Made by a program: the position numbers and the translations under genes | Assembly: GCA_000934665.2 (NCBI GenBank) | Contig: KZ538932.1 | Location: forward strand, 1 to 39,664 | Source of the DNA: Catajapyx aquilonaris | Lineage: Eukaryota | DNA: 39,664 nucleotides | Direction of reading: 5' to 3' | Part shown: one piece after another, positions 24,838-35,680 of the stretch | Numbering within the stretch: position 1 is the first letter of the stretch | How the letters are laid out: every line of letters starts with the position of its first letter | Notes under the pieces: generated by a model | Told to the model about the DNA's origin: nothing | Seen by the model: the letters and a program-made list of their open reading frames with translations, nothing else | The model's database searches: none

Positions 24838-25139
24838 CCTGTCGAGGCATTTTGCAGCGGGTGCTCACCTGAGAGCGCCATGAGACATTTAGGGGGCCAC
24901 AGTAAGTAGCGACCCTACTGGACTAGGCTGAACTTTATAGGTACGAAAGGGGAGGGCTACATTGGGGGGGCCAACATGGCCTCCGGCGGCCATGTTGGGC
25001 CAGCATGTAGCCCGATGTAGCCCTCCCCTTTCGTACCTATAACGTTCAGTCTAGTCCAGTAGGGTCGCCACTTACTGTGGCCCCCTAAATGTCTCATGGC
25101 GCTCTCAGGTGAGCACCCGCTGCAAAATGCCTTGACAGG
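24838..25139. repeat. near-perfect ~300-bp palindrome (young foldback element)
   Basis: arms match almost base for base; no TSD seen. Confidence 0.85.
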
Positions 25140-25406
25140 GGGTGGGTGGGAGTGACCAGACCTTACTTATATGACCATGTGCAGGACCTAAAAGTTGTCT
25201 GTTTCAGCCTTACTATATCCAACAAAAAAACAAGGGAAATCCTCTCGGACCTTTCCTTATTTGCATATTTTTTTTGAAAAAATGCATATGGCTGGTGTAG
25301 TCCCACATGGAAGCATATGCTCATCCCTGTGAAAATGGGTCACTCAGATGATCATGGATGACTGTGTTTGGGGGCATGCCCATAAATTCAGCCCTGCACA
25401 AGAGCT

Positions 25407-25466
25407 CTGCTAACTCCCAATAAGCTCATCATTGCTAGCAATGATGAGCTTATTGGGAGTTAGCAG
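25407..25466. repeat. perfect 60-bp palindrome with no spacer
   Basis: CTGCTAACTCCCAATAAGCTCATCATTGCT|AGCAATGATGAGCTTATTGGGAGTTAGCAG. Confidence 0.95.
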
Positions 25467-25500
25467 TGCGGAATGTGTATTGCTCTGTCACCACGGGAAC

Positions 25501-26309
25501 GGAAAGTCTATCGTTTATCCGCACCTAGCGACACGGCGGGATTGGCAGGGCGTCGTGTGCTCCAAACATGTTGGCTACGCGTCGCAAACAACCGGTTGCC
25601 GGGAGAGCATAACAAAGAGCATCTTCTTACCCCTGCCACGCGAACCGTTCAGGCGAGTGCTAGGACCACAGTATTTATGAAGGAGGTGGGAAATATGAAA
25701 GCCATGATAGTTGCTGCAGTCCGTTAACCCAGAGAACGACATGATGTCACACCAGCCATGTTTTCTGAGCGTGTGCAGTAGTACGCCTGCAGAGTGAGTC
25801 GTGGGCATAATTGAAGGGGAGAGCCGGATGGAGGTGGGCGGAACTTGGCGTCATGTAGTTCGTTGGTTTAACGGACTGTGTGAAGGTGTACTTCGCTCTT
25901 GGCAAAGCCACAATAACGTTCGTTGGCCTGCGGACAGTAAATGTTGTGGATACAGAAACCCACAATAAGCGCCCAGCTCCGCTGTCGCTCCGCAAAACCT
26001 AAAAATATCACGCACAGGCGACGTACCGTGCCTGGCAGGGCCACAACCATGTACAGTACTGTTGCAGTAACAAAAAGCCATACAGCAACACCACGACAAA
26101 GGGCTATTCCATCCACTTAATCACCTCAAAATCCCGAATTGAATCCCCGAAAGCCCGAAAAGAAGAATAAAGCAGAGTTCCATGTAACCATGCAGCAGTA
26201 TCAATAGGCACCCGATTGTTTGCGACGCAACGTAGCCAACCGTCGGGAGGCCACCAGCCCGCCTAACACCAACCGTGTTGTTAAGGTGCGAATAAACAAT
26301 AGTTTATCC
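25501..26309. mobile_element. Merlin- or Mutator-like non-autonomous element
   Basis: 8-bp TSD ACGGGAAC (25493-25500, 26310-26317); GG...CC termini; imperfect ~100-bp TIRs. Confidence 0.65.
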
Positions 26310-26555
26310 ACGGGAACCACTGTTAAAAACATGACAGCAATGAATTCTGCTCATGGGGCCCATGGTACTCGAGCCCAAACTCTCCGGTTATTGGACTGCT
26401 TGATATCACCACCATGAATGGAAACATAAGATAACACCTAAATATGGGTAGATGCTTGCATAGCAGCCCAGGAGTAGTAAGGGCTAGAACCCCATTGTTG
26501 ACTAATTGCAAGCAATCATCTCATGTCATTTTGATAACACTGGTGAGTTATAATT

Positions 26556-27321
26556 GTGGAGTGACCAATCAAAACGCAACAAACGCAAACAAAGCCATTT
26601 CGAGATATTCAACAAAAACCTATTGCTCCCAAATGGAATGTGACCAAGAAACAAAATGTGCAGTACATTATGCCTATATGCAGAGGTGGTTAATGGTGTA
26701 TGTTAATGAAATCAGGAATTGTCTAGTCACGAGAAAAAAATTAATCAAAATTTGACTTATTGCGTTTTGATTGGGTACATGTGTCAAATGTTGCGTTTTG
26801 ATTGATTATTATCATTGGCCGTATTATTAAACTGTGATAAATTCTTAGTATCTTCTATCAGCAGGAACCATGATACCATATCCTTGACACTAATTATTAT
26901 CTAAACACAATGCTAATCATGAGAACATTATTAGCTATTAGTCTTCAAATTTTATTACTTATACACCCCTCGGGGTTGGAGCGAGTCGATGAGAACAACA
27001 TACGTACTACTGTAGTACTGTGTGGGTTGGTTAGCTTACTCTATGGGGTTGGTAAGATATCGGCGCCCATTTGTAACACTTGCGCATCGCACTCTCCCAT
27101 TGGCTGCTTGGCGCATGTTGCATTTTGAAGGCGCCGGTATGGGTCACATATTGCGTTTTGAAGCAACACTCCATTTTCCAGCCCTTATAACACGGTAGAT
27201 ATTGCATTTAGAAATGTCACAATCTAACACACATGTAGACCTGAGCCTCAAGGACGTGCTACCACCTATAACTCGATTTTGAAAATTTTGGCGTTTGTTG
27301 CGTTTTGATTGGTCACTCCAC
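26556..27321. mobile_element. Sola-like non-autonomous element
   Basis: AATT on both flanks; perfect 31-bp TIR GTGGAGTGACCAATCAAAACGCAACAAACGC; internal TTGCGTTTTGA subrepeats. Confidence 0.75.
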
Positions 27322-27686
27322 AATTCTTCATGGTGATGAGCAAATGGGTCCAGCAGGCAATACAATTTGATCTACCACTAGTTGGGGTGGGTGGGCGGGA
27401 TGTGCGTGTGTGGGGTGTGGGTGTGGGTGGTGTGTGCTTGGCTCTGTGTTCTTGTTTGTCCAGAAAAGCCTGTAATAATAATTTCAATCCAAAATACTGC
27501 ATGGATGCAATACACCAACTTTCAGTTGCAGCTATATTCTGCACAGGAAGAGGCAATAGTCAATTGACCAGTGTTATGGCAGTTATTTTTAAGAATTTCA
27601 AGCAACTCAGCCTTCCATGTACAATGAATTAAAAATAACAAAGCTGTCATGAGTTACACTAACCTGACTCGTTCTATAATATCTTA

Positions 27687-28422
27687 CCATATTACCTCAC
27701 TTAAAGCGGCATGCCGGTGTAGTCGAGGTCAACCAGTTATTAGAAATGCACGATCTGGTGGCTATACCGGCATGCCGGTCTCAGCGAGGTATGCCGATAT
27801 AAGGCGAGGTTTCCTTACGATCTCCATGAAAATTATTATTACTCAAAGGAATGCATTACACCATGTTCTACGGTACAGACACAGCCCAGGATACTTCTCT
27901 CGCCTAACACATCCCATAAGATCGTTCGTTAAATTCAAATTTTACGGCAACATTTTCAATTAAAAGTGCAGGGCTGCTAGAAGGGAAGCATACCTACCAG
28001 GATATTTCATGTGTTTGGTTTGAATTTTATTATCTGAGTAACGAGGCTTCTCAGACAAATTGACACCACTACACAAAGTGATCTCATTGCTAACGAGATC
28101 TGCGACCAGCGAACTATTGATAGCAAAACAAAGGACTGAAGGAATTTGTGTTGATCCTTTGCAGATCCTTTATAATGTTTAGGGGGGTTCCCCTCTCAGA
28201 GCAGGCTGACAGTCAGATTTGTCACACTCTATGCCCTGTGCAACAGATGAACTTCCATATTCTCACAGCCCTGTACTTGCACATTTTTCACCGTAACATG
28301 ATTTTAGTTGCATTCCAAAAAAATTGAGAAGGATCAAGATTATGGAAATCTACCCTGGGTACTGCGGTATGCCGGCCAGCCACGGGTTATACAGGCATGC
28401 CACTTTAAGTGAGGTAATATGG
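27687..28422. mobile_element. pogo/Tigger-like non-autonomous element
   Basis: TA TSD; CCATATTACCTCACTTAAAGCGGCATGCC / GGCATGCCACTTTAAGTGAGGTAATATGG. Confidence 0.8.
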
Positions 28423-28553
28423 TACAATTTTTGATACCTTCAAACACCACTATGGTTTCAAATAATTGGCCATTGGCAGAAAAATTTTAACCACGTAATG
28501 GATTTTTCAAGTGATTTTCTAAGCAAGACTTTAAGCTATATTATGTAACTCAC

Positions 28554-28810
28554 CTGATATAATCAGAGTGGTACTTGTTGATACTATAGTTGCACAAATG
28601 CATACAGGGATTCCATAAGTTCTTCCTAGAATAGTCATACTTAACAGTTGCTATTCTGACCAGGCCCTCCTCATACATGTATATGACTAGTGGTTCATAT
28701 GATGTAACAGCCACATAGAGGCGCAAGTCACACTTGTGGCCATCGACCAACAGAGGGTTTGAAATGTACTTTGCCACGACCACCTGATCATCAGCTGGCA
28801 CTTCATCTGG
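28554..28810 (-). CDS. TTLL5: TTLL5 exon (PDEV...KCDLRLYV...MHLCNYSINKYHSDYI)
   Basis: TTL-domain motifs; phase 0 to 2; AG|GTGAGT donor. Confidence 0.96.
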
Positions 28811-28876
28811 CTGTATTGGAAACAAAACAGCAGTTGTGACACCCGGTATGCTTGAAGCAAATCCCAGTTAACTCAC

Positions 28877-29090
28877 ATGATTAACAATGTAAATCCCTCT
28901 TCCTTGTGACGAGGCAACAGGCTTCACTATCCAAGGGCCTCGAACCCGATTGTGTGCTGAACATAAGCTCCCAAAGTCAGATGGTATCAAAAAAGTCATT
29001 GGGATAAAGTTAAAATGCTTCATTCCACGAGTATGTTGCATCTTCTCGATATTCTTGTACAGACGATCCTTCCTGGTCAGCTCATACGAC
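28877..29090 (-). CDS. TTLL5: TTLL5 exon (SYELTRKDRLYKNI...WIVKPVASSQGRGIYIVNH)
   Basis: very close to recalled TTLL5 sequence; phase 2 to 0. Confidence 0.96.
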
Positions 29091-29153
29091 CTAGAAGGTT
29101 GTGTGATATACAGTAATTTCCAAGGCATTTTTCTACCTAATAGAAAAACATAC

Positions 29154-29260
29154 CTGGGAAAGTGATTTATCCTTTGATGAGCCATCAATTCTTGCAAATG
29201 GTTTGGCTTTGGGTGAATGCCTGCCCACACTAAGTTGTACTCTAGGGCAGTGGGATGAAC
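29154..29260 (-). CDS. TTLL5: TTLL5 exon (VHPTALEYNLVWAG...INHFP)
   Basis: matches recalled VHPSSTDYNLMWTG...VNHFPR; CCAG/GTATGT sites. Confidence 0.93.
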
Positions 29261-29821
29261 CTGGCAGAAATAGCATCAGTCATAAGATCTTCAATGTGAC
29301 TTAATTCAACCAACATAAGCTAAGGCCTTATAAGTGTTGCATAATTCTAAAGGAGAGGAGTTGCACAAAAACACAAGTCCGTAATGGAAAAAATAACAAA
29401 ATTATACATTGCATATTCAGTTTTTAGTTTCAAACCTCCTAAGAATTTCAATTTACTTTTTCCCATCTTCCCATTGGCTCCTAGTTGAGTGAATGACCTC
29501 TTAGTGGGAAGTATCTTTAGTCTCATATCTGCAATGAGTATATGATGCAAAATTTTACATTAAACGTGTCACTTACTGAGTATGGCAGTCTACATACTAA
29601 ATCTGGGCAGAGATACCGGGAGAACCATTAACACAATGAATATACAAAGTATACTCTTCATGATTGCTTTGGTGCAGAATGGTCTTTCTTACCTTGACAT
29701 CCCAATATCGTTCTGCCTGCTGTATGACTTTAATGCCCACTGCTGTAACTTATACTGATTTATGAAACTATCCACAAAAATGCAAGATTATTGTGCCCAT
29801 AAAATACTCATGGGAAGGTGA

Positions 29822-29948
29822 GGGATGGGGAGAGAGAGGGGGGAGCCCAAGAGAGAGGGAGAGGGGGAGAAAGGGGGNGGGAGAGGGAGAGAGAGGGAGA
29901 GGGAGAGAGAGGGAGAGGGAGAGAGAGCGAGAGAGAGAGAGAGAGAGG
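29822..29948 (+). repeat. GA-rich simple repeat
   Basis: (GA)n/(GGGA)n tract. Confidence 0.9.
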
Positions 29949-30409
29949 CCTTATGGAAGTATGCCGAGACCAGCCTTTCAAATGCTTCGGCTCTTAGGAT
30001 TGCTGAGGCTCTTATATACAGAGGTGTCTATAACACATAATGCAACACAAGTGCATTGCCATCTTGATGATACCTCTGCAACAAATGCGTCTCTTGTACT
30101 TTGTCTTTGTCATTTTGTGTCCAACTGTTCAGAACTGAATGATTTTTATCATTACTTGCTACAATATTAATAATAGTTTAATGAGGGAAAGGGGCTCTTA
30201 AAATATGGCATGTATTTGTGCACCAATTCTCTGATTGACCTTGACATGTACTGGAGTTTGGAGATTCTATTATTCCATAAATCACAATTCCCAAGGATAA
30301 GTCACTTGAAAGAGCAGCAGTATTTAAAGAATGCCTCTAAACTGAACCTGTTTAAGAGGGAACTGACATTGAAACAAATAAAACAATAGCTACTAATCAC
30401 ATCATCTAT

Positions 30410-30703
30410 ACCGAAGCAGGTTGGCATAGTGGATAAGGCGTCCGACTGCTAATTGGGAGGTCCTGGGTTCGAATCCCGGGGCCGGCAACTCTGACCGTGG
30501 CTTTCTGTGGTTTCCCACGGTCCTTCCAGGAAAATTCCGGAGTTGCTTCCGTAATTAATAGGCCACAGCCGCTTCCTTCCGTCCCTATCCTATCCCAAAA
30601 AGCACAGTAAAATGAAAGCAAAGAGTTCCAGGCAAAACAAAACTTCCCCCCTAAAGAGCCGACAGGCTGATAACGGGGTATGCATTATGCATTATTATTA
30701 TTA
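30410..30703 (+). mobile_element. tRNA(Ser)-like-headed SINE
   Basis: A box, B box GGTTCGAATCC; (ATT)n tail; likely TSD TAATCACATCAT / TAATCACGTCAT. Confidence 0.88.
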
Positions 30704-32565
30704 TAATCACGTCATGATTTGCAGACCACTGCCTATGATAAGAATGCTGCTGACAAAGGGATAATGAATTATAGTAATGATGAGAGCACAGCAGGTGAGT
30801 ACATCTGCTCGTTTCAGCCGATTTTATGCATCAGTTACTCTTCCCTGGCTACATTTGCAGCAATAGTTTATCATCACTTGTGTGTCATAGTAATATTATG
30901 TCATGCTAATTATGTAATGTTTTGTTAACCAGGAGGGGGCCAGGCTGGGCCACTTGAGAAGTGGGGAAGTTGCCTGACTGGAAAATTCCACCCCGTCCTA
31001 CCAGATCTCAATTATTTATGGTCACCAAGGTTGATATGTAAGCATGGAAAAGAGTGGCACAGGAGTATCTCCCGTACTTTCATTTTGCTCACAACATGCA
31101 GTGTGTTCAATTTGCCCCCCTCCCCCCCCCCTCGAAAAATAAAACCAAATATTTGAAAATTGTGGCAATCCACAACAAGGCCAGTACTCATCGACACATT
31201 TACCAAACTGACTTGGCTCTGTACTGAATATGCTGGCCACATTTCACATTCAAGTTTGACAATATTATTGATCCTCCCAGGGTGTGCAGTGCAGCTCCAC
31301 ATCGTCAAAGCGTTCCCATTACGTGAGGGCAGCAACAAGATATTAAACGCGATGGTTGAATGTGCATAAACGTAAACAATGAGAACGTCACGAATAAGCG
31401 TGCTGGCCTTGCGCAGCATGCATCACATGCTAGTACTGGGTGCGAAAATGCGCCAAAACATGCTTCTCCGCAACGGGATTTGAACGCCCCTCCTATCCTG
31501 GCGCGAGCGCCGCGCCGCCGCACGCGCCAGCTGCACTGCGCAAAATCGGGGTCAAGGTCATGGCCACACACCACACAAGCCCTCACTCATAACACCTTTT
31601 TTGCCCCAAAATTCCGCAATCATGCCCCATCCAATCAAGTCCGTCTAGACGTCCATTCAAATAGGATATCAAAATAGAGCCACGCCATCTGGCAACCCTG
31701 CACAACAGCTGAACGCACCTCGTCTACTACCCCCCAGCCACCACCTTCGCTTTCCCCTTCTATACACCCTACTTTCTGCCGGACGTTGCCTCTTTTTTCC
31801 AAAAATACTTTAAATTTATGGCCATGACAAGTCGCAGTTAAAGTACCAGTAGCTGTGAGGGCTGCACTATGTAGTGCTGCAGCAAGGCTCATACTATTTG
31901 GCCCAATTGATCCCATCCTGCTGCTATCGTCATCCTAGGAATCAGCTGACTTACTTCAAAAGCATGTGTTTGCTTCCTACACAGTGAACTTCTGGCTCCT
32001 GTTCTTTCAGTGAGTGTGTACTACATAGATGTGTGTGTGTATGTACGTGTGTATGCACGCATGCGTATGTTTCGGCAGTAAAACGTTCCAGTCCAATGCT
32101 GACATGTTTTCGGATTCCTTTCGGGTGCCCCCTTTTCCATGATTTGTTGAAATAATTTGCATTCCAGATAATGGCTCAACTATCCATTGAACAATATTAC
32201 TAATGCCCTTACAACAAAATTTTTTGAAAACTACTTCAAGGACCTATTAATCCAGTTCACTAAAGTGCAGTAATTAATTTATCAAAATAGTTGATCATGT
32301 GTTTAATAAATTCTAGATCTAACCTTTCGACTGAGAGAGTATTCGGTGCATTTGTAGGATGCCACTAATTGCACTGAATAGCAAGGGGTTAATAACCCCA
32401 GTGAAGTTTTCATTATATTTATCTCATTTTTTTGGCACGAAGATGCTTATTTTTCAGCAGGTCCTTTTTCAACAGCAACTTTTAATGATTATTATTAGTA
32501 CTAGTTGGTAATGTTAGGTTGTCCCAGCCCCCTGACACATCCAGCCTAGCCCTGTGTTGACGGAA

Positions 32566-32798
32566 GTTTAATATAAAAGTCTCCGCCATGCGGGGAATTT
32601 GGTGCTGGTGCGCCTCCACAGGCATTTACTGGGGGGTTGCTTCGAGTTGGCCGCCTTCCGAACCAACCCAAACCGTTCTTTCCTCGGAGGACGTTTGCAG
32701 ACTAGGATTCGGATGGCTGGCAGCGGTATATGACTGTGGGACCGCATATTCCCCAAATTCGCCAAATTCCCCGCATGGCGGAGACTTTTATATTAAAC
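32566..32798. mobile_element. MITE with ~38-bp perfect TIRs
   Basis: GTTTAATATAAAAGTCTCCGCCATGCGGGGAATTTGG and its reverse complement. Confidence 0.8.
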
Positions 32799-33266
32799 AA
32801 CCGTATAGTATGTGTTGGGTTGTCCAGACCCATCTTTTTTAAAGGCCTGCAATAATATCTGTGAACTGACTCTGACAAATTAATGCTGTCACAAGGTCAC
32901 TCCGCAAAACTGCGAAATTAACAACCCCCTCGTATATTCTACAAAACAAGTTCAATCTTGCATCATGTTATCATTTCTTAGCCAATGAATTTGTCTTCAA
33001 AATAAGTTACATATTTTCCTTTCCTCGCAATTACGCCTGTCGCTGTTAAGGAAAGTAATCAGAAGAGGTGCCAACAATACTCACAGTTTGCAAACTTGGA
33101 ATGTTACCCCCAACAATGAGCGAGGTGTGGGAGCATTCACAGCCATCTACTGGCGCTGGTTTTAGTCAAAAACTTAAAATAATAGTGGCCTGAGAATGTA
33201 AACCCTGATTTGTCACAAGTCACCCCTCCTTAATGGTAATCAGTAGAAGTAATCACTCCTACATAA

Positions 33267-33418
33267 AGATGCATTTACATGTGAGCGATTTGACGAGCGA
33301 AATCTTCGCCGAGGGTAAGTAACCCATGTAACCAATATTGTTTGAGGCAAAAATCGATTGTTAATTTCAGCCTCGGCGAAGATTTCGCTTGTCAAATCGC
33401 TCACATGTAAATGCACCT
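33267..33418. mobile_element. PIF/Harbinger-like MITE
   Basis: TAA TSD; ~48-bp TIRs. Confidence 0.8.
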
Positions 33419-33656
33419 TAACTTCTTAAAAATAAGCAGCTTATAGGATAATAAATAGCCAACTAAAACTGATATTTCAATAGGAATACCCTGCATATTT
33501 ACCAGGGAAGGGCTCATTGAACATCTATAATAAGACTCAACCTCCACCATTTCCTGACCTGTATCTTTCTACTAAAAGGCTGAGTCTTTCTATTACCTAT
33601 AAGGGAAAACTTCACTTCACTAATGGCAAGAGCTAATGGTAACGGGAGTCTAATCA

Positions 33657-33815
33657 GCAGCACGGGGGTGTAGTGGCACAGGCCAATTCTTTTTACTTCT
33701 GAGGTCCCAAGTTTGATTCCCATGACAAGCATAAGATTTCTGACATGGAAATTGTTTTGATGAGCTAGCTTTGAGCTCACATGGATTGTCTTGGGGTTCT
33801 CCCATTTCCTCCCAG
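33657..33815 (+). mobile_element. degenerate tRNA-derived SINE
   Basis: GGTGTAGTGG A box, AGTTTGATTCCC B box remnant. Confidence 0.45.
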
Positions 33816-34042
33816 TCTCAAAGCCCATCAACAGGGAGGCAGTTAATAAAATTGAATATATTTCAAAAGATACTCTCAGATTTCAATGAAAATCAAACAC
33901 CTATTAAAGAGGTGCCTCCAAACACCTACTTCAGGGCAAGTATTGAACATTAATAGGAAACTTCACAAGTTGTCAGTCACAGTAATCCAAAGAACAATGT
34001 TCAACATGCTCTTTGTACCTCTCTTGCTCACAGTTGAAAACA

Positions 34043-35680
34043 ATGGCCCCACGCAAGCAGCCCACATCTCTGCACATCCTATGCCAAACATCAGCTGCGC
34101 TGCACCTGTCTACAGCCTGTGACACTCTCCTGCAGGCTGCACAGGAGACATCTACTGCACATGTTCTCCAGCGGCTCTCCTCTACCTGGCGACCCTACTA
34201 CGAGAATGTCCTTCCTCCATCTGAGCGAGCTGCCTTGATTAATATGTGCTCACAGTCTCTCTCCAAGAAGACCTCTCTTTATGGCACAGATGATACTGCT
34301 GGACGGACACTTCTTTTTGTGTTATCGGTGCTTCTGGACCCAGGGATACGAGACTTGCGAGTAGTCCTATGTTGCTATTATGGCTGTAGTGATCAGGAAC
34401 GCATGTTGCATTTGCTGAGGAGGCATGGCAGTGGCCTTCAGCAACTGCAATTCTGCCGCTCATCATTACTAAGGCTGGATCGTGATTTGTTTGCAGATGT
34501 GCTGTCTAATGCATCTGGGTTGCAGGAACTTTCTATGCGAAACATTGCAACGGATTCTGTCCTTGATACAATTGGAAGATGTTGCCAATTACTCCGTAAA
34601 TTGGATGTTTCACATTCAAAGCAAGTAACAGATGCAGGTGTAGAGGAACTGTGCCTGCGCATACATTTTGAGGATAATGATTCTAAAGAAACACCTCGTT
34701 CATGTTGTTGGTCATGGGTAAGGCGTCGGAGTCCCGAGGATGTATTGTTGCGTGTTGTCAATGATCGTAATCCCCTGTGCAACTCATTGCTAGAACTTCA
34801 CTTGTGTGAAACATCTGTGACACATCTTGGGTTGCGGGTTGCCTTGATAGAATTGCCAAAACTAGAAACGTTTGGTGGGTGTTCAGATGTTGCATCAGTC
34901 ATATACACAACTGTCACAAAGCATCCTTTGGTTTTATCACTTGTGAATGTGACAGCAGTCAAATCACCAATTGAATACATTGAGGCAGTACTGCAACACT
35001 GCCCACACCTACGCCGCTTGTCAGTTGTCGAGCCACGATTCTTATTTGGTCTCCTTCCAAACGTACCTGCCTTAACATCATTCAAAGCAACAGCAATTCC
35101 ACCACACCCACGCGTTGTCACAGACCTGACCCATTACATCTTGCAAATGGACAGGATGTACGAATTAGAACTTGACTTTGCATCTGATGTGCTCCTGCCA
35201 CCCCTTAACATATTGGAACTGTCTCTACCAAAGCTGTCATTACTGCGGATTTCCAATGCAAGCCTGTTTGCTAGCCCTCCTCCTGAGCAGACCTGCCAAC
35301 TGACACATGTTCATCTGGGGCACACTGTTCGCAATGAGGTCTTGTCACACTTGTTATATTGTGCTCCATCACTCCGGTCCTTACATCTACGCAGCTGCCC
35401 AAACCTGACTGACCATGTGCTTGCTCAAGCATTAACCCTCAGGCCACATCACCAACTCCGCTGCTTTTATGTGTATGAGGCCCCATCACTGTCTCTGGCA
35501 TCACTATATGCTGTACTGAGTGACCTGCCTGAAATTATGGGAGTAGGAAACCTGCGTAAATGGGGTGGGGTGGACTGTGAGGACGTAAGGAGATTTGCAC
35601 AGGATGTTGTCAAAGGCCAAAACCTCAATGTGGAACTGCTTTCTGGAGCACACTGGTACTCTTATAATTGCTTTGACTAG
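34043..35680 (+). CDS. 545-aa leucine-rich-repeat protein (FBXL/AMN1-type LRRs) with BC-box-like N-terminus; single coding exon
   Basis: 1638-nt ORF from ATG 34043; LRRs such as CQLLRKLDVSHSKQVTDAGV and APSLRSLHLRSCPNLTD; pyrimidine tract and CAG acceptor ending 34033; AATAAA at 35929. Confidence 0.9.
   Translation: MAPRKQPTSLHILCQTSAALHLSTACDTLLQAAQETSTAHVLQRLSSTWRPYYENVLPPSERAALINMCSQSLSKKTSLYGTDDTAGRTLLFVLSVLLDPGIRDLRVVLCCYYGCSDQERMLHLLRRHGSGLQQLQFCRSSLLRLDRDLFADVLSNASGLQELSMRNIATDSVLDTIGRCCQLLRKLDVSHSKQVTDAGVEELCLRIHFEDNDSKETPRSCCWSWVRRRSPEDVLLRVVNDRNPLCNSLLELHLCETSVTHLGLRVALIELPKLETFGGCSDVASVIYTTVTKHPLVLSLVNVTAVKSPIEYIEAVLQHCPHLRRLSVVEPRFLFGLLPNVPALTSFKATAIPPHPRVVTDLTHYILQMDRMYELELDFASDVLLPPLNILELSLPKLSLLRISNASLFASPPPEQTCQLTHVHLGHTVRNEVLSHLLYCAPSLRSLHLRSCPNLTDHVLAQALTLRPHHQLRCFYVYEAPSLSLASLYAVLSDLPEIMGVGNLRKWGGVDCEDVRRFAQDVVKGQNLNVELLSGAHWYSYNCFD

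Noticed and set aside
25575..25808. HKYCGPSTRL resembling a parvovirus/Polinton PLA2 YCGPG motif
   Set aside because: No in-frame DxxxxxHDxxY motif, a stop follows, and it lies within a non-autonomous TIR element
29793..30170. ER/GE-rich ORFs
   Set aside because: Translation of a GA simple repeat
31955..32020. minus-strand segment ...KQTHAFE|GTAAGT as the missing upstream TTLL5 exon
   Set aside because: Phase fits, but similarity to the conserved ILTAHGFHE is weak and the acceptor is poor
34013..34042. ORF-track extension of the LRR gene to 555 aa
   Set aside because: TTG start lies in a polypyrimidine/acceptor region; ATG 34043 is the plausible start
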